Assembly: GCA_040954595.2 (NCBI GenBank) | Contig: CM082588.2 | Span: 5,964,202-6,028,201 of the forward strand | DNA: 64,000 bases | From: Balanoglossus misakiensis | Lineage: Eukaryota; Animalia; Hemichordata | Direction: 5' to 3' | Part shown: positions 1 through 13,700 of the stretch, in pieces | How positions within the stretch are numbered: position 1 is the stretch's first letter | Layout of the letters: each line of letters begins with the position of its first letter | Notes under the pieces: generated by a model | What the model saw: only the letters and a program-made list of their open reading frames with translations | The model's database searches: none | What the model was told of the DNA's origin: nothing | Position numbers and translations under genes: made by a program

Positions 1-3000
1 TGCCGAGCGAGCCGTCGTCAACAAGGCGACGAAATATAGCACGCATATTGCCTGTGTACGCCGCCTGCTCGCGATCTCCTCTCTATTTAAGGCTCAAAGC
101 CATAATATCGGTGGGTCTAATGAGCCAATTACCCAAACACGTTCTTTGTGCTTCTCCAATAGTTGGTACTCGGCGTAAAAGACGAGAGCTATTCATTGGA
201 GTCGACTGGGAGAGGCATTATTTCACTCGGAACAATACGCTGACCCGTGCACACGGCATTTGTTTTTGAGCAAATAGCAACCCCCTCCCTACGCCAGCTG
301 CATGCTTCGGTTGTATTAGGCGCGCTATGGCGCAAACGTAGCAACGTATTTTTTTTTAAAGAAAGGGGTGAAATACGCACCTACCGGAAGTGTCGCCCTG
401 CCGTGTGTTCGAAAGAGGGGTTTTCAACTTTCATTCAAAGCGCAGAAATTGATCTAATCGTCCTGATTGATTGTTTAAATCTCCTGGTAAACAATTTAAG
501 AAAATATCGACAAAAACGGACATGTTTGTAGGCCTATTTCATAGCATCTCTGTTCCGTGTTTGGAGGGGCTGTGATACAATTGTCAAACTACAATGTGTA
601 AGATTTCAGTTTTCGACATTTTGGAATTAAACTAGGTCAGTACAAAGATGGCATGTGGGGTCTATATTTAATTTCATCACGTCTTTTAAACCAAATTGTC
701 CGGTCCTCAGACTTTCGGCTAATACGCGACCTACAGTGACCCCTCCGTCATACACAATGACCGCAAAATAAGTCAGTGATCGGATCGTATTGAGTAAAAA
801 ATGAGGTTCATCAGTACATTTCATTTGAAAAAAAGATATTTAAGACCAGTTATTTTTATCAGCGCAAACAAGATCACGTGAGCATAATTAGCATTTATTA
901 AAATTCCATAGTATCTGTATTGACTACAACCGATTCTGTAACGTTATTAAATTTCTCAATCGTATCAAATGAGGCTATTTTGATTATTTTCACGGAATTG
1001 TTCATGTTCAGTTTTATCGGTGTATCGTTAAACCTTTAATCACACCCCCACTAATGAAACATGGAGAAGTTACGTAACGCCGGTGTTGTTTGTGATAATT
1101 TCCAACATTTTGCGCCATTTTTAGATTGGACACGTGGCGAGCAGTTTGATACATCACATTTAAATTAAAGTGGGTGCTCCGTCGTATGTGGTGAATGAAA
1201 AGTTCGCCCTTGACGATTTCATGATTTCGCATGTTCTGAAATGCCATGCCTCTGGTATCATTTTTTTCTACAAATCTACCGCGCTCCAGATCGTCAGTTG
1301 CCGGGCTCACAGGATCCCCGTAGACCCTTTCGGGCTACAATATCGAATTCCCACCCAATTTTTATTAACAGTTCTTCAAAAGTGCGAATCATCATGAGTA
1401 TGTTAAGCTCGAGAAGAAATTGCCTCATCTTATAGTACTCACACCCACAGGCTGTCTTTCGCACACGAGTGTACACACAGCCCGTTTGGCATCACGTCGA
1501 CGTCACGTGACGTCAATAGAAGCAAATTCTAGCCTGAGGTAAAGGTTTTCCCTTGAACAAAATTTTCCCGCCAAATTGGATTTGGTAGTGTGTAAATTGG
1601 CCACTTAGCCCAGGATGTCCCAATTGGTGGTAAAACGTCTTGAAGCCGATAAGTGATAGATGATTATTCCAATTTAGAGAAAACAAGCGGCTGGCTCCAC
1701 TGGGGGTAACATATCACGAACACATAGACACGATTTCTCCGCAGTTTTTGACTGAAAGACGCGGAAACGCTCAAACTCGCGCGGGGACATTTTTAACCCG
1801 CCATAATATCCCCGGTGGCAAATCGATGCTAAATGAAAGCAACCTGTGAAAAAATTACAAAAAATAGCGAAATTAAGTCATAGTTTGCAATACCACGCTT
1901 GGTGTATTCACATGCCGGTGGAAGGCTGGCACAAAGCAAAAGATGCGTGAATTGATAGAGGAAGCCATATTAAAAGAAACGGGGAAACAACCGGGCGTTA
2001 TCAATCAATTATGCGGCGCTATTAGTGCAGACGACCAAGCGCCGAATTTGTTGCCATGACAACGTCAACAACAATAATAACGCGCTCTTTAATATGACAA
2101 AGGTGTCTCTTTCATGCGTGGAAGGGAAGGAGAGCTTGCGTTTTTCTGAGAAAAGAGAGATCCTTAAGTGAAATGTCACTCAGTATTCTACAAAATATAT
2201 GCTATAGTTCGTATCACAACCCGCCTGTGTCCTCCACTCGAAGAATTACGCAAACTTGGCAGTCTGGTCATGCGCGAACCTTTTCTGTACAAAGTGATAA
2301 TACGGACGAATTCTACCAGTTACTTTGTTTTTCACTTTGCACTGGCCGAGAAATCAAGAATACAATCTGCGGACCAGATGTTGTGCAATTAATAGCTCGG
2401 CCCCGTACATACGGTGGCTCCGCAGCCAGCCAGCCCGCCCGCTCGCCTGCCTGCCTGGAGATGGCGGCCATGCACCGCTGATCATCATCATTCGGGCCAG
2501 CGGTAGTTTCATGAGCTCGTACATGCCTCTCCATCAACCACGGCACACGTTGGCCTCCGACCACGTGCATACCAGGTGCACCGCGGCAATAATGCGCGAT
2601 TTCAAACCTCCTTTGAGTCGCGGCTGGTCATTCCAAAATTTGATGGACTTTTAACAGGCATGTCACGTGACTTCCATTTACAGTAACACCCTTTTTTGCA
2701 ACACATCCGTCATATGCTCGTTTACTCTCTCTCTCCCTCTCCCCATCCCCCCTCTCTCTGGCACGACATTGTTAAAGAACTTTGTTTTTAAACACCACAA
2801 TATCACGGTGTCCACATTCGGGGCCTGACAATTTGATGGTGAGTTTGGCAAAATTGGCCCATCACAAAGCGCAAACGCGTCGAAGGTACCAGTGCGAGCC
2901 ATCCATTACAACTGTTAGTGCCGATTGACATCTCAATATGGTCTTTTCCAAACACAGATGCCGGGATACCAGACGACGGGAAGCAATATTGCCACAAGCA

Positions 3001-6000
3001 CATGTCACCACCCCTAAAATAAAGAACATGTGCACCTGCTTTATGACCAATCGGCAGCGGGTAGGTTCAACGATTTAATAAAATCTGTCGCATTTCTAGT
3101 GCAGTTTCTGGCCTTTATGATTACCGACAGACACTTTTTTAGTTCTGTAGGTCCACTGGTATATTCGCTAATCTCTAAACAAGCCAAATGATCCTGAGGT
3201 AAAACTAAGCCTACAGAAACACACATTTATGCAAACTGAATTAAATGTCGACCAAACCAACATCTTTCGTTGAAGTCGTTCGATTCATTCTCCAGATAAA
3301 CACTCTTTGGTAGGTAGTGTCATGCATGTGTTAACCTTCTACACAGAAAGTATCACGTTTCTGTTAAAATCGTTTCAATTTAACAGAAAGACAATAGGCA
3401 AGGTTTTTTTTTACAATTGCAACTCAGCAATATCCTTAGTGGTCACGTGATTAGATTTCTGTTCCCTCGTTCCGCGCTGTAAAGACTTTCAAGTGGGCAA
3501 TCACAGAAACGGTAGCAAGGGAACCCTATCCCAAAGTTGACACCAATTCCTGTTCTTGACCGAAATACTGAGAAAAGGGGCACTGAAGACCCATCCAAAC
3601 TATCAGAGGAAATTTGAGAGATGTATGCATGGAACGTTTTCCGTCTAATCTGGAATTTAGTGAAGTACGATTGCGAGCGGTGTACAGGGTTATCCAGCAA
3701 TCTATTTCTTTGTATCAAGATATAGCTCAAGATAATAAGCCAAATTAACATTTTAATTAGATCATACTTTGAATGGCCCGCGCGCGTTAAGATATCTAGG
3801 ATTCTTCACTGAACTAAAAGTACGACGCTAATGAGCAAAAAATATCGGCTTGTTGTAAGTTGTATCACAATCAGGTTTTCCAGCAGGGGAAGTGTTGTCA
3901 ATCTCAACTGAGACATGATAGTCGTTTTGCTGTCACTCGGACAGATACTTAACTTTGACAGGTTGATTTCGAATCATGATGGCCGCCATTTTAAAATGTC
4001 AACAGTATGGGAATATAATTCATTGGAAATTATGCTGAAAAGAAAGATGATGTTCAATCCGTTTTTAATGCAAACTTCTTTCACATCAAAGTTTGAAAAG
4101 ATATCAAGTATTTTTTATGAAAATACGTCAATCATGATGATTTTCCGTTAATTAAACTCAAACAAGGGCTGGCGCCAAAACACCAGAATTCTTCGTCTTA
4201 ACTTCAGACACTGTTTTCTTTCTTCAAGTCAAATGTGATAAAAGTGTACCTGGAAGACGTTCCGCATTGCTGAATACGGATAAGGTGAAGTACTCGATAA
4301 AACTGCTTATTTTCGAGCAGGGAAATTTGACAACACTTGAACAAACAAGAAATGTCGTCCGCACACAACGAAGCTTTGTGACACTGTCTCTTTGCGAAGG
4401 GCGTCAACAAAAGAACAGGGGGAATTATCCCGAGTCAATTACACTACTGAGATAGTCTGTTATCGATATCTCGCTGGAAAGAGGGCTTGACTCGCGACTC
4501 CAAAGTCCTCCTGCAGAGCACTTCAACGCCTCGCGTGGCGCCATGCGAAAATCCTTCAGTAAGGTTTGTCACAACAACTTGATAGACTTCAGTGTCGTGT
4601 TTTTTTTGATGGAAGGAATTAGATGAAAATAGAAGTTTGTTTTTGCCGAGTTGACGCAGTGAGTTGTAGCTTACTGGAGGTTGATAACAGCTATCCCACC
4701 GTCTAGGACTGCTGCCGAGTTTGGATGAAATGATGTTGTCATTTTTGACCAGCTGTACTTTGACGGTGCTATGGACTATAAAAACGTGCACGACAAACAC
4801 AAATGTAATCGTAATCGTAGTTATTTAACACTGAATGCCGTTGTGCATTATCATCTTCGCTCGGCAGAGGAGGGTCCGTGAATCATTTACCAAGCAGACG
4901 AAAAATTTGAGTATTCGTAAAAAATGGCCGCCGATTAATTGTCTGGGGAAATTTTGTTTTAAATAGGACAACGAATGCGGCTGACGTACTTGAAGTAGGC
5001 TTCCCTCGAAGCTTTCTGTCGACTTTCGCTCAGACGACAGTTATAAATCAAAACTGTCCCGCGATATTGTTGCAAATTCCTACTTTATTAGCAGGGTGTT
5101 GTAATGCCACTGTCGTCCATATCCCAGAGAGCAATGAGAATGTCTGAGTAGCGAAATAGGCCCCTATGAAATCACTACGATTACTAGTCGGCCTAATCGG
5201 AGCGACCTCGAGAGATTCGCCCGCGCACTCCTTGCAAATAAACGCTAAACGTGACTCAATGTCCCTTAAATTATTAATGAAGTGAAAATCATGTACAACC
5301 GAAATCAATAAAGTGACAACAGGGGAAGTCTTCAGCAGTACGACCCGTAACGACTGACAGGTAACTTCAAGTCTACCCGTTGTAAACAAACCTCTAGGGA
5401 TGTCGTGTATCCAAAAATGAGGTTAAAGCAAACTGCAAAAATTGTCGTCTGCGATCCGAGTCGTCAACTCTGCACATGCTTGCTCACCAGTTTTATAGCA
5501 CCAAATAGTTCATATTTACATTAACTTTTAGAGTCCAAATATTTTCGCCTTTTTCTCCTGAAAGTGTCAAAATCGACGCTGTTTACCTCACGCCGATTAA
5601 AATGCAAAGTAAGCTCCAGACCCGTGAAGTTTCGACGTCAAAAGACTCGAATGAACTATTACCTGCAGAAATTTACGGTAATGACTTCTCAGGCTTGACT
5701 CGGTTGAAATTAATCGCCGCCCCCTCCACGTGCTTCCTACGCATTAGTTGGATAATTTGCAGCAGCGATTCTCATTCGATAGAAATCGAAAAACTCGACA
5801 AATTTGTAGATGGATTTTGAAGTAAATCAGTCTTTCTAACCACTTTTGGAAGAGTCAGGCGACATAGATTTAAGAAAAATATGGACACTTTACTTAAAAT
5901 ATAGTGACAATTTATCTTTACAGGTTCGTGTGATTTTCATCAAAAGCTTCATTTTCGCACACTATACTAACATATCGCTGAGCTGGCTTGGACAAAGGCA

Positions 6001-7141
6001 AAGCATTCTGCTTTTTTGCAATACTATAAATAAATGCAACCACCTCTAATTTACAAATGTCCGTAAGCGGTTAAGAAGGCGTGTCTATAGCATGTGGTGG
6101 TGAACGTTTTTTTCGCGTGGTCACTCAGGCGAAAATTTGTGATTGGCTACATCTCAACTTTCCTTGATATCTGTGACTAAATTTGCATAGATAACTTTGT
6201 AACTGTACCCGCTTCAGGAAATCTTCTGGGTAGAAAGTTTTTACCTTAGGCTGAATAGAACAAATCAGATGGATTTACAGATCTTTGGAAATCTGCTGCA
6301 GATCCGCATAAAATAAACTAAAATCCTCACCCTCCTCATCTCTTCTATTTTAAGTGACAGCTACTAGTTGAATAGTTGACAAGAAATCACGATAAATAGT
6401 CAGGCATGCAGCTCTATAGATCTCCAGCGAGATTACTCCGTATATGAGACGTCTGGGACGAGGATATGCAAATCAACTAAAGAACAACAACTTCTCGGCG
6501 GCGCAAGAGGGAACGAATATCTCATGGCGAAGGCGATTGTCGCTCGCGCATGTTAGCTATTAAAATGGCCGCGTACTGAGGTGTTGACCAGTGCACGTTT
6601 CAGCAATCAATTGTTCCTGTGTTACTTTTACGACCCGCAGAAAATATACAGCGTCTCGTCTGTTCGCAGAGGTATTTTTCATCAGGCCACAAATCGAAAA
6701 ACGTGAGATTCCGAAGCACTGTCATCGTCTGGACAATGTCATGTGCGATTCAGAAATGTCTGGAAAGATGGATTTTTCCGTCTTGCACATAGACACATGG
6801 AATACACACAGAACAGAACAAGAAATATAATAAAATTATTGCAGTAAAGATTTATTGTGTGCAACTGTATCGTGATCACTTTTTTTTATCTGGCGGAATT
6901 TCAAAAGATATTGTCACGAAATCTCGGGGAAAAACTGCGAATACTTTATAGGTTCAACACCAAATAAAGCACTCTGGGGAAATTCCCACAGAAATCTGCA
7001 GTGTGGTAACGTGAATGAGCTTCCGATGACGACGGTCACTGAAGCGTTCGACGTGTGCGTGGGCAGAACACGCACTTGTAAAGCTGTGCTTGGGCGACAG
7101 AACACCCGTCCCGACTCAGGACCAAATAAGCAATGTCACCT

Positions 7142-8876
7142 GAAAAATAGCTACGTAAACCCATCAATCTAGCAATCCAGCCTGACAGAGGCGTACTAGT
7201 GATACATAGAAAGGGATTTGAACGTAAATAAACGCAAAATAGCGGTAGCCAAGAGATTGGATCAGGAGCACACGAAGCGCACTGTTAGCTGCACGACGGC
7301 TACCTCAGAAGTGACTCAGAAGGTGGGAAGAGTTGCCTATGTGCGCATATGACATGTGACCTAGTCTCCGCCCCTCAATGTGTGAGTGACATACCATGCA
7401 CGGGGACCCAGTACCTGAAAATCAGGGATCTTGTCTATTTTTTCAATCACCTGTAAACCCATAGCATGAGCCCCTCAACACCATCACCGGAAAAATAGCT
7501 ACGTAAACCCACCAAGCTAGCAATCCAACCTGACAGAGGCGTACTAGTGATGCATAGAAAGGGATTTGAACGTAAATAAACGCAAAATAGCGGTAGCCAA
7601 GAGATTGGATCAGGAGCACACGAAGTGCACTGTTAGCTGCACGACTGCTACCTCAGAAGTGACTCAGAAGGTGGGAAGAGTTGCCTATGTGCGCATATGA
7701 CATGTGACCTAGTCTCCGCCCCTCAATGAGTGAGTGACATACCATGCACGGGGACCCAGTACCTGAAAATCAGGGATCTTGTCTATTTTTTCAATCACCT
7801 GTAAACCTATAGCATGAGCCCCTCAACACCATCACCGGAAAAATAGCTACGTAAACCCACCAAGCTAGCAATCCAACCTGACAGAGGCGTACTAGTGATG
7901 CATAGAAAGGGATTTGAACGTAAATAAACGCAAAATAGCGGTAGCCAAGAGATTGGATCAGGAGCACACGAAGTGCACTGTTAGCTGCACGACGGCTACC
8001 TCAGAAGTGACTCAGAAGGTGGGAAGAGTTGCCTATGTGCGCATATGACATGTGACCTAGTCTCCGCCCCTCAATGAGTGAGTGACATACCATGCACGGG
8101 GACCCAGTACCTGAAAATCAGGGATCTTGTCTATTTTTTCAATCACCTGTAAACCCATAGCATGAGCCCCTCAACACCATCACCGGAAAAATAGCTACGT
8201 AAACCCACCAATCTAGCAATCCAGCCTGACAGAGGCGTACTAGTGATGCATAGAAAGGGATTTGAACGTAAATAAACGCAAAATAGCGGTAGCCAAGAGA
8301 TTGGATGAGGAGCACATGAAGTGCACTGTTAGCTGCACGACGGCTACCTCAGAAGTGACTCAGAAGGTGGGAAGAGTTGCCTATGTGCGCATATGACATG
8401 TGACCTAGTCTCCGCCCCTCAATGAGTGAGTGACATACCATGCACGGGGACCCAGTACCTGAAAATCAGGGATCTTGTCTATTTTTTCAATCACCTGTAA
8501 ACCCATAGCATGAGCCCCTCAACACCATCACCGGAAAAATAGCTACGTAAACCCACCAATCTAGCAATCCAGCCTGACAGAGGCGTACTAGTGATGCATA
8601 GAAAGGGATTTGAACGTAAATAAACGCAAAATAGCGGTAGCCAAGAGATTGGATCAGGAGCACACGAAGTGCACTGTTAGCTGCACGACGGCTACCTCAG
8701 AAGTGACTCAGAAGGTGGGAAGAGTTGCCTATGTGCGCATATGACATGTGACCTAGTCTCCGCCCCTCAATGAGTGAGTGACATACCATGCACGGGGACC
8801 CTGTACCTGAAAATCAGGGATATTGCCTATTTTCTCAATCACCTGTAAACCCATAGCATGAGCCCCTCCACACCAT
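7142..8876. repeat. Tandem array, five copies of a 348-bp unit
   Basis: GAAAAATAGCTACGTAAACCC recurs at 7142, 7490, 7838, 8186 and 8534, an exact 348-bp period. The copies differ by only a few substitutions. Confidence 0.97.
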
Positions 8877-9855
8877 TGGGCTACCAAGCGCGCGTGTAAT
8901 GTCAGGTATTTCATGACAATATGGCCGAGAACTCACAATCGTACAGTCACCAGGAGTTCAACATGCGAAAATAGCATTTAAAGGTGTTTATTTATCCCAA
9001 ACATAAAATTTAAACGCAAAATTGTCGAAACATGCAACCCAGTAAATGTCAGCGCCACGCGTTCGTTTGTCTAAAGGCCGATGCTGTTAAACCAGCACTA
9101 GGTTTTCTTATCAGACAAGAAAACACCATTTATCAGGCGCGAGCTCTCTAGGACTTGCCACTTTTCGTAGGTTTGTGGCTGCGGTTTGCCGCGCGCACGA
9201 CACCTAGGATATCGCCTCTTGCCACGACCGAGCTAAAACATATTTCAAAAGTACTGAAAAAAAAACTGTCATGGCATGTTTTGTCCATCAGGGAAGTGTT
9301 CGTCATGCTGAGTGAACTCGGCTGTCTAAACTCCATTACAATCTTTTACCTTAATTTTAGTACCATTTTTAAAGAATACAGAAGTGCAAATTTCTACATT
9401 TTCTTCATTATTTTATGCTTGATTCGTAAACCTTTACATTGATCACCATTTTAAAAAAAAAGAATATTTGTCGATAATCTGTTCATTTCGCCCATTTAAG
9501 ATATTGGTGTAACATTATAGTTGGCTTATGCCTTATTTATGTAGTTACGCCATCGAAGTTTCTCACATTACAATATAAAATTAGGTAAACTATGCAAAAA
9601 GAGCTGCATGAGGTAGCATATGGAGTCTATGAAATGTGTCGTCTGGTAAATTACGGCGGACCACCTGATGAATAACATAGCATTTTGAAAGGTCGGTAGT
9701 CTGCGCATTAATCACAAGTGAAAGTCGTTATTTCTGGACATCTGCATAGACTTGGGAATTGCGTTAAACGGTGACGTCAGTGGAATCTTGAATAATGATG
9801 ACATGCAACGCCCGCCAAACTTCTGAAGCTGCTACCCCAATCCCTTGGTGGAGTA

Positions 9856-9939
9856 TCACCCCATTGCCTTGGCGGTGTAACGGTATTAGTCACCCCATTG
9901 CCTTGCTCGGGTAACGGTATTAGTCACCCCATTGCCTTG
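9856..9939. repeat. Minisatellite, ~2.5 copies of a 34-bp unit
   Basis: TCACCCCATTGCCTTG at 9856, 9890 and 9924. Confidence 0.9.
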
Positions 9940-10458
9940 CTAGCTTGCTGCTTTCGCACTCAGGTCAAACCTGTTACATATTAGTGTTTTCGCAAACAAG
10001 AATCTTTGGAATATCTGCCAAACTCGGTTAACCGGGCTAAAAGCTGTCAGCCGGCGCCATTTTGACTTTGCCGGTCCTTCGAACAATTAAAGGAGAGATG
10101 GCGTGACGTCTGCCACCGCCTATGCGAGTTTTCACTGCAGCGGAATCTGCCTCCGTCATCAATACCTGTCTTGGTTTGTCTCCCTTCCGTTTCTCTGTCT
10201 GGCGAGTTTTGGAAACGGCACCAGCGGAAGAATGAAACCAAGGCGGCAGAGGAAGTGACGCAGTGTGTTCGAAATTCGCCAGGAAGTGGCAGTGTCTAGC
10301 GTTCGCGCCTGACGTTCACCGCTGATGTCCGGTTGTCATGACAATTGAAGTGCCAATAACGGTGATAAGCACGTACTGACATCTTTCCGTAAACGTGTAG
10401 TGAAGTAAGCCAATCAGTCATAAAGATTTTGAAAGAGATATGTGTAATGTGATATTTA

Positions 10459-10770
10459 AGCAATAAAACACCCCCAGCCATGGTATATCACGAGATTTTG
10501 ACCAGTTCACGACATATACGCACGAGCGATAGCGAGTGCGTATATGGAGTTGAACTGGTCAAAATCGAGTGATATACCATGGCTGGGGGTGTTTATTGCT
10601 ATTATATTATGCCAGTATATTGAAACTTTGCATAATACATTTTAAAAAAGGCATTTTCTTTAACTATGATATATGACTGTGGTATATGGCTAATATATCA
10701 CGGTCACGTGTCGTGTCTCGACCAATCAAATAGCGTGATTTACACCATCAATATACTGGTATAATATAAT
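10459..10770. mobile_element. Composite non-autonomous element: ~140-bp hairpin (10459-10600) plus an adjacent module with 22-bp inverted termini (10601-10770)
   Basis: AGCAATAAAACACCCCCAGCCATGGTATATCAC pairs with GTGATATACCATGGCTGGGGGTGTTTATTGCT. ATTATATTATGCCAGTATATTG pairs with CAATATACTGGTATAATATAAT. Confidence 0.75.
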
Positions 10771-13700
10771 TGTCATTTTTGTATCACCGGAGACAAAAGG
10801 GGAAAAATCAAAGAAACACGATATGAAAAATTACTTTTCGGAGGATTTTGCGATTTCAGAGAATGTGAGATTGTTCGTCTTTTCAGAAGAGAGATGAAAA
10901 TAAAGATTGTTTCAGCACATTATGGTTCATTTTCTAATTACAAAAAGTACACGTTGATAAAAATATGAAATATGATAACACATTTACGACACATTCTTTA
11001 ACGCGGCCTTGTCCTATACAAATTGAGTTTTTACTGGCTAAGACGACAAATTGCTGGATGAGGGTTACCATGTGGGATAACTATTCCCCCAGATTTCAAC
11101 GTATTTGGTATTGTTCTCTTATGTCCTTCTTTGTATCTCTGTCTGTCTCGTTCTTCCGTATCTTTTCATCTCATCCCACCGTATCACTTTCTTTCCCACA
11201 TTCATTTTCTCCCCTGGATAAGTTTCTATTTTCCCTGTAATCTTCCTTAGTTTTATCCACAAGGGTTTGTGCAATGCTAAGAGCATTATGCCTGGCGTGG
11301 TGTGGTTAATACGATGTATTTCCTTCTGGTTCGTCAGTCTGTAGCTTTCTGTTTCCCTGCATACCCCTGATTCGTGTCTGTGTGTCTGTCCCTGTGTGTG
11401 TGTGTCTGTCCGTCAGCCCGTTCTCGGTTTCTCCGCTAACCGGCCATCCACTAACCAAGACACCCGCGCTGGCAGTCACCTGTATTCAACTCACTCGACG
11501 ACACCATTAATTAAAGAGCAGACTATCGCTCTGCTCGATTCGGCGTGAACACATCCCCCGACGACACCTGAATCCAATTCATCGGTGCTCACAATATCTG
11601 AGATATGAAATCATCCACAAACCTCTTAGCTGTGTGACTTTGGCGGGATTTTCTTAAGCAGACGATAATTTTGCGGAAATGTCGACGCAAAGCTGATTTG
11701 TAGTGTCCATACACACCCGGTGTACTGTTGACATTCTCATAGAATGCCGTAGTTTCTTATTCTTTCATTAGTGCAGCATTGCGACGTTGTAAGAAACAAA
11801 TGTTAGCAGGCGGATTATGGGCAAATTATTATGGGCTTTAGGCTACTTTCTCTTTCTCTCTCGGATTTTTGAGATTTGATCAGACTTCGGCTTAGATGTT
11901 TGCCGCTTTCAATAAGTGACAACTTGGAATTAGTCAGGGTTTTGGGATTAATCGACATTTGCGAACGGAAAAAGAAGACTAACGGATTCGTGGGGTTCCA
12001 CGTGAACACACCATCCGTCGTTGCAGTCTAATTATGTTCGCTGTAATGCGAGGAAACGCGCACTCCGCGATTTCGAATCATTGTTCAAAACAGAATCTTG
12101 ATTCGGGTTTTTTTCAGTGGTACAACCGAAGTAGGATGCAATTCCATACAGAATGCATCATTGGCGCTTGTTTTCGGTTGAGCTCTTGGATCTTGCACGA
12201 ACAACTGCTGACGTATGTCTTCCAGCACAGACGCTACTGTTTCCATGCAAACGGGATGATTTGCTGTATGTTCGTAGTTGTGTCGATGAAATGACGTCAC
12301 TTTAATTCGGCCAAATAAAACGATTCCAACAATTCCGACCAAATTTTCTCGATCAAGCTTTCTATCCCTCGTGGCCACTGGGTGCAAAGTTGGCAGTGGG
12401 TATAGCAGGTGTTGTATATCTCGTCCCTGGAGTTACTTGGCACAATATTGGCATAATTACAAATGTACAATCAACGGCCATTAATGCCGCCCAAAACAAT
12501 CACAGCCAAGTTAATATTTCATCAGGAATATTGTCGATCGATAATGACATTCATAGCATAAACTAATCCCGCTTTGACACGGCTAATGCAAATTGGACAT
12601 GTCAGAACGCCAGACTTCTTACAACTTATCTTAAACACAGACAGGAATGCATGTTTCTGATATTTTCGCAAGACCACAAGTCACCAATCCAACGGAGAAA
12701 TCAAATGATTTGTAGTGTACTGTGCAGGTATTGAAATCGTGGATTGGGTGCCTTAGATTCCACTTCGAAATTCACAAGAGGGTGACGTTGTTTTATCGTT
12801 CCGGGTTGGTGCCCCTTGTTGTCCGCTTCCAACGCCGTCCCCGCGGGCATTCTTAACCAAAGGAGCGTCCATAATTTCCCGGTGAAATATGCCCGTGGAC
12901 AACGGACCGAACTGATAGAGAAATTAATCAATTTAATTGGGAGCATTTTCTGGCGGCTGGTGTCCGTTTCATACCGTTAATTAAAGATCCGAGATTGCAG
13001 CATCGCGCTGATGCAAAATGACGAACCGTGGTGACCTTTCACCCCGCACTAAACGCTGCCGACAATGGCTCCCGACTTCTTTAATTAAGTCCAATGGTCG
13101 GAAAGTAATTGTGATATTTTACAAACAGATGAGTTGATTCATCTTTTTATGATACGTTTGGTCATTTATCCCCAGTATTAGTCGAAAGATTTATCGCTGT
13201 ATTACGGCGAATGACAGATTGTCAATTTCAACTGTTTGAGCTTTGCCATAGTATAAATATCCCCTTGACCAATACACGTCGAGAGTGAAATAGACTTTTT
13301 TTCCTGGGAAATTAAAGTAATTTGAGGTCAGGTGGGTAAATTGAACTTTTATTGGAATTTTTTGGAAGGAAACGCACATGTTTAAACCCGGTGCTTTATT
13401 GAATGCCGCCCTCTTGAAATAGGACGGCTCGATATTGCTTATAACTGAAATTGGTACTCCAGGTTGCTTTCATAAAGCATGGCATATATTGTTTTCACAT
13501 GTTTTGCCATGGTCTTTGCAAAAGGTAGCTGTCAATATTTAACGCTTAAACTGTAGCGCAAAAAAATAATCTTTATTTTTGGTTCGGAACTCAAAAGAAT
13601 TTTACGTAAGATTACGTTTTTATTGTCATTGCCCGATAACAGCCGTCGCAGTCTATCTTTTCCAAACATGACACGAAAGGATCTCTTTATCTGCTTTTAA

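Noticed and set aside
7142-8876. Possible CRISPR array or rDNA/snRNA repeat
   Set aside because: Whole 348-bp units repeat without unique spacers. I recognise no 5S, tRNA or snRNA sequence, and the context is eukaryotic.
12391-12414. miR-34-like TGGCAGTG sequence (also at ~10287)
   Set aside because: Seed-level similarity only, with no complementary star arm to form a pre-miRNA hairpin.
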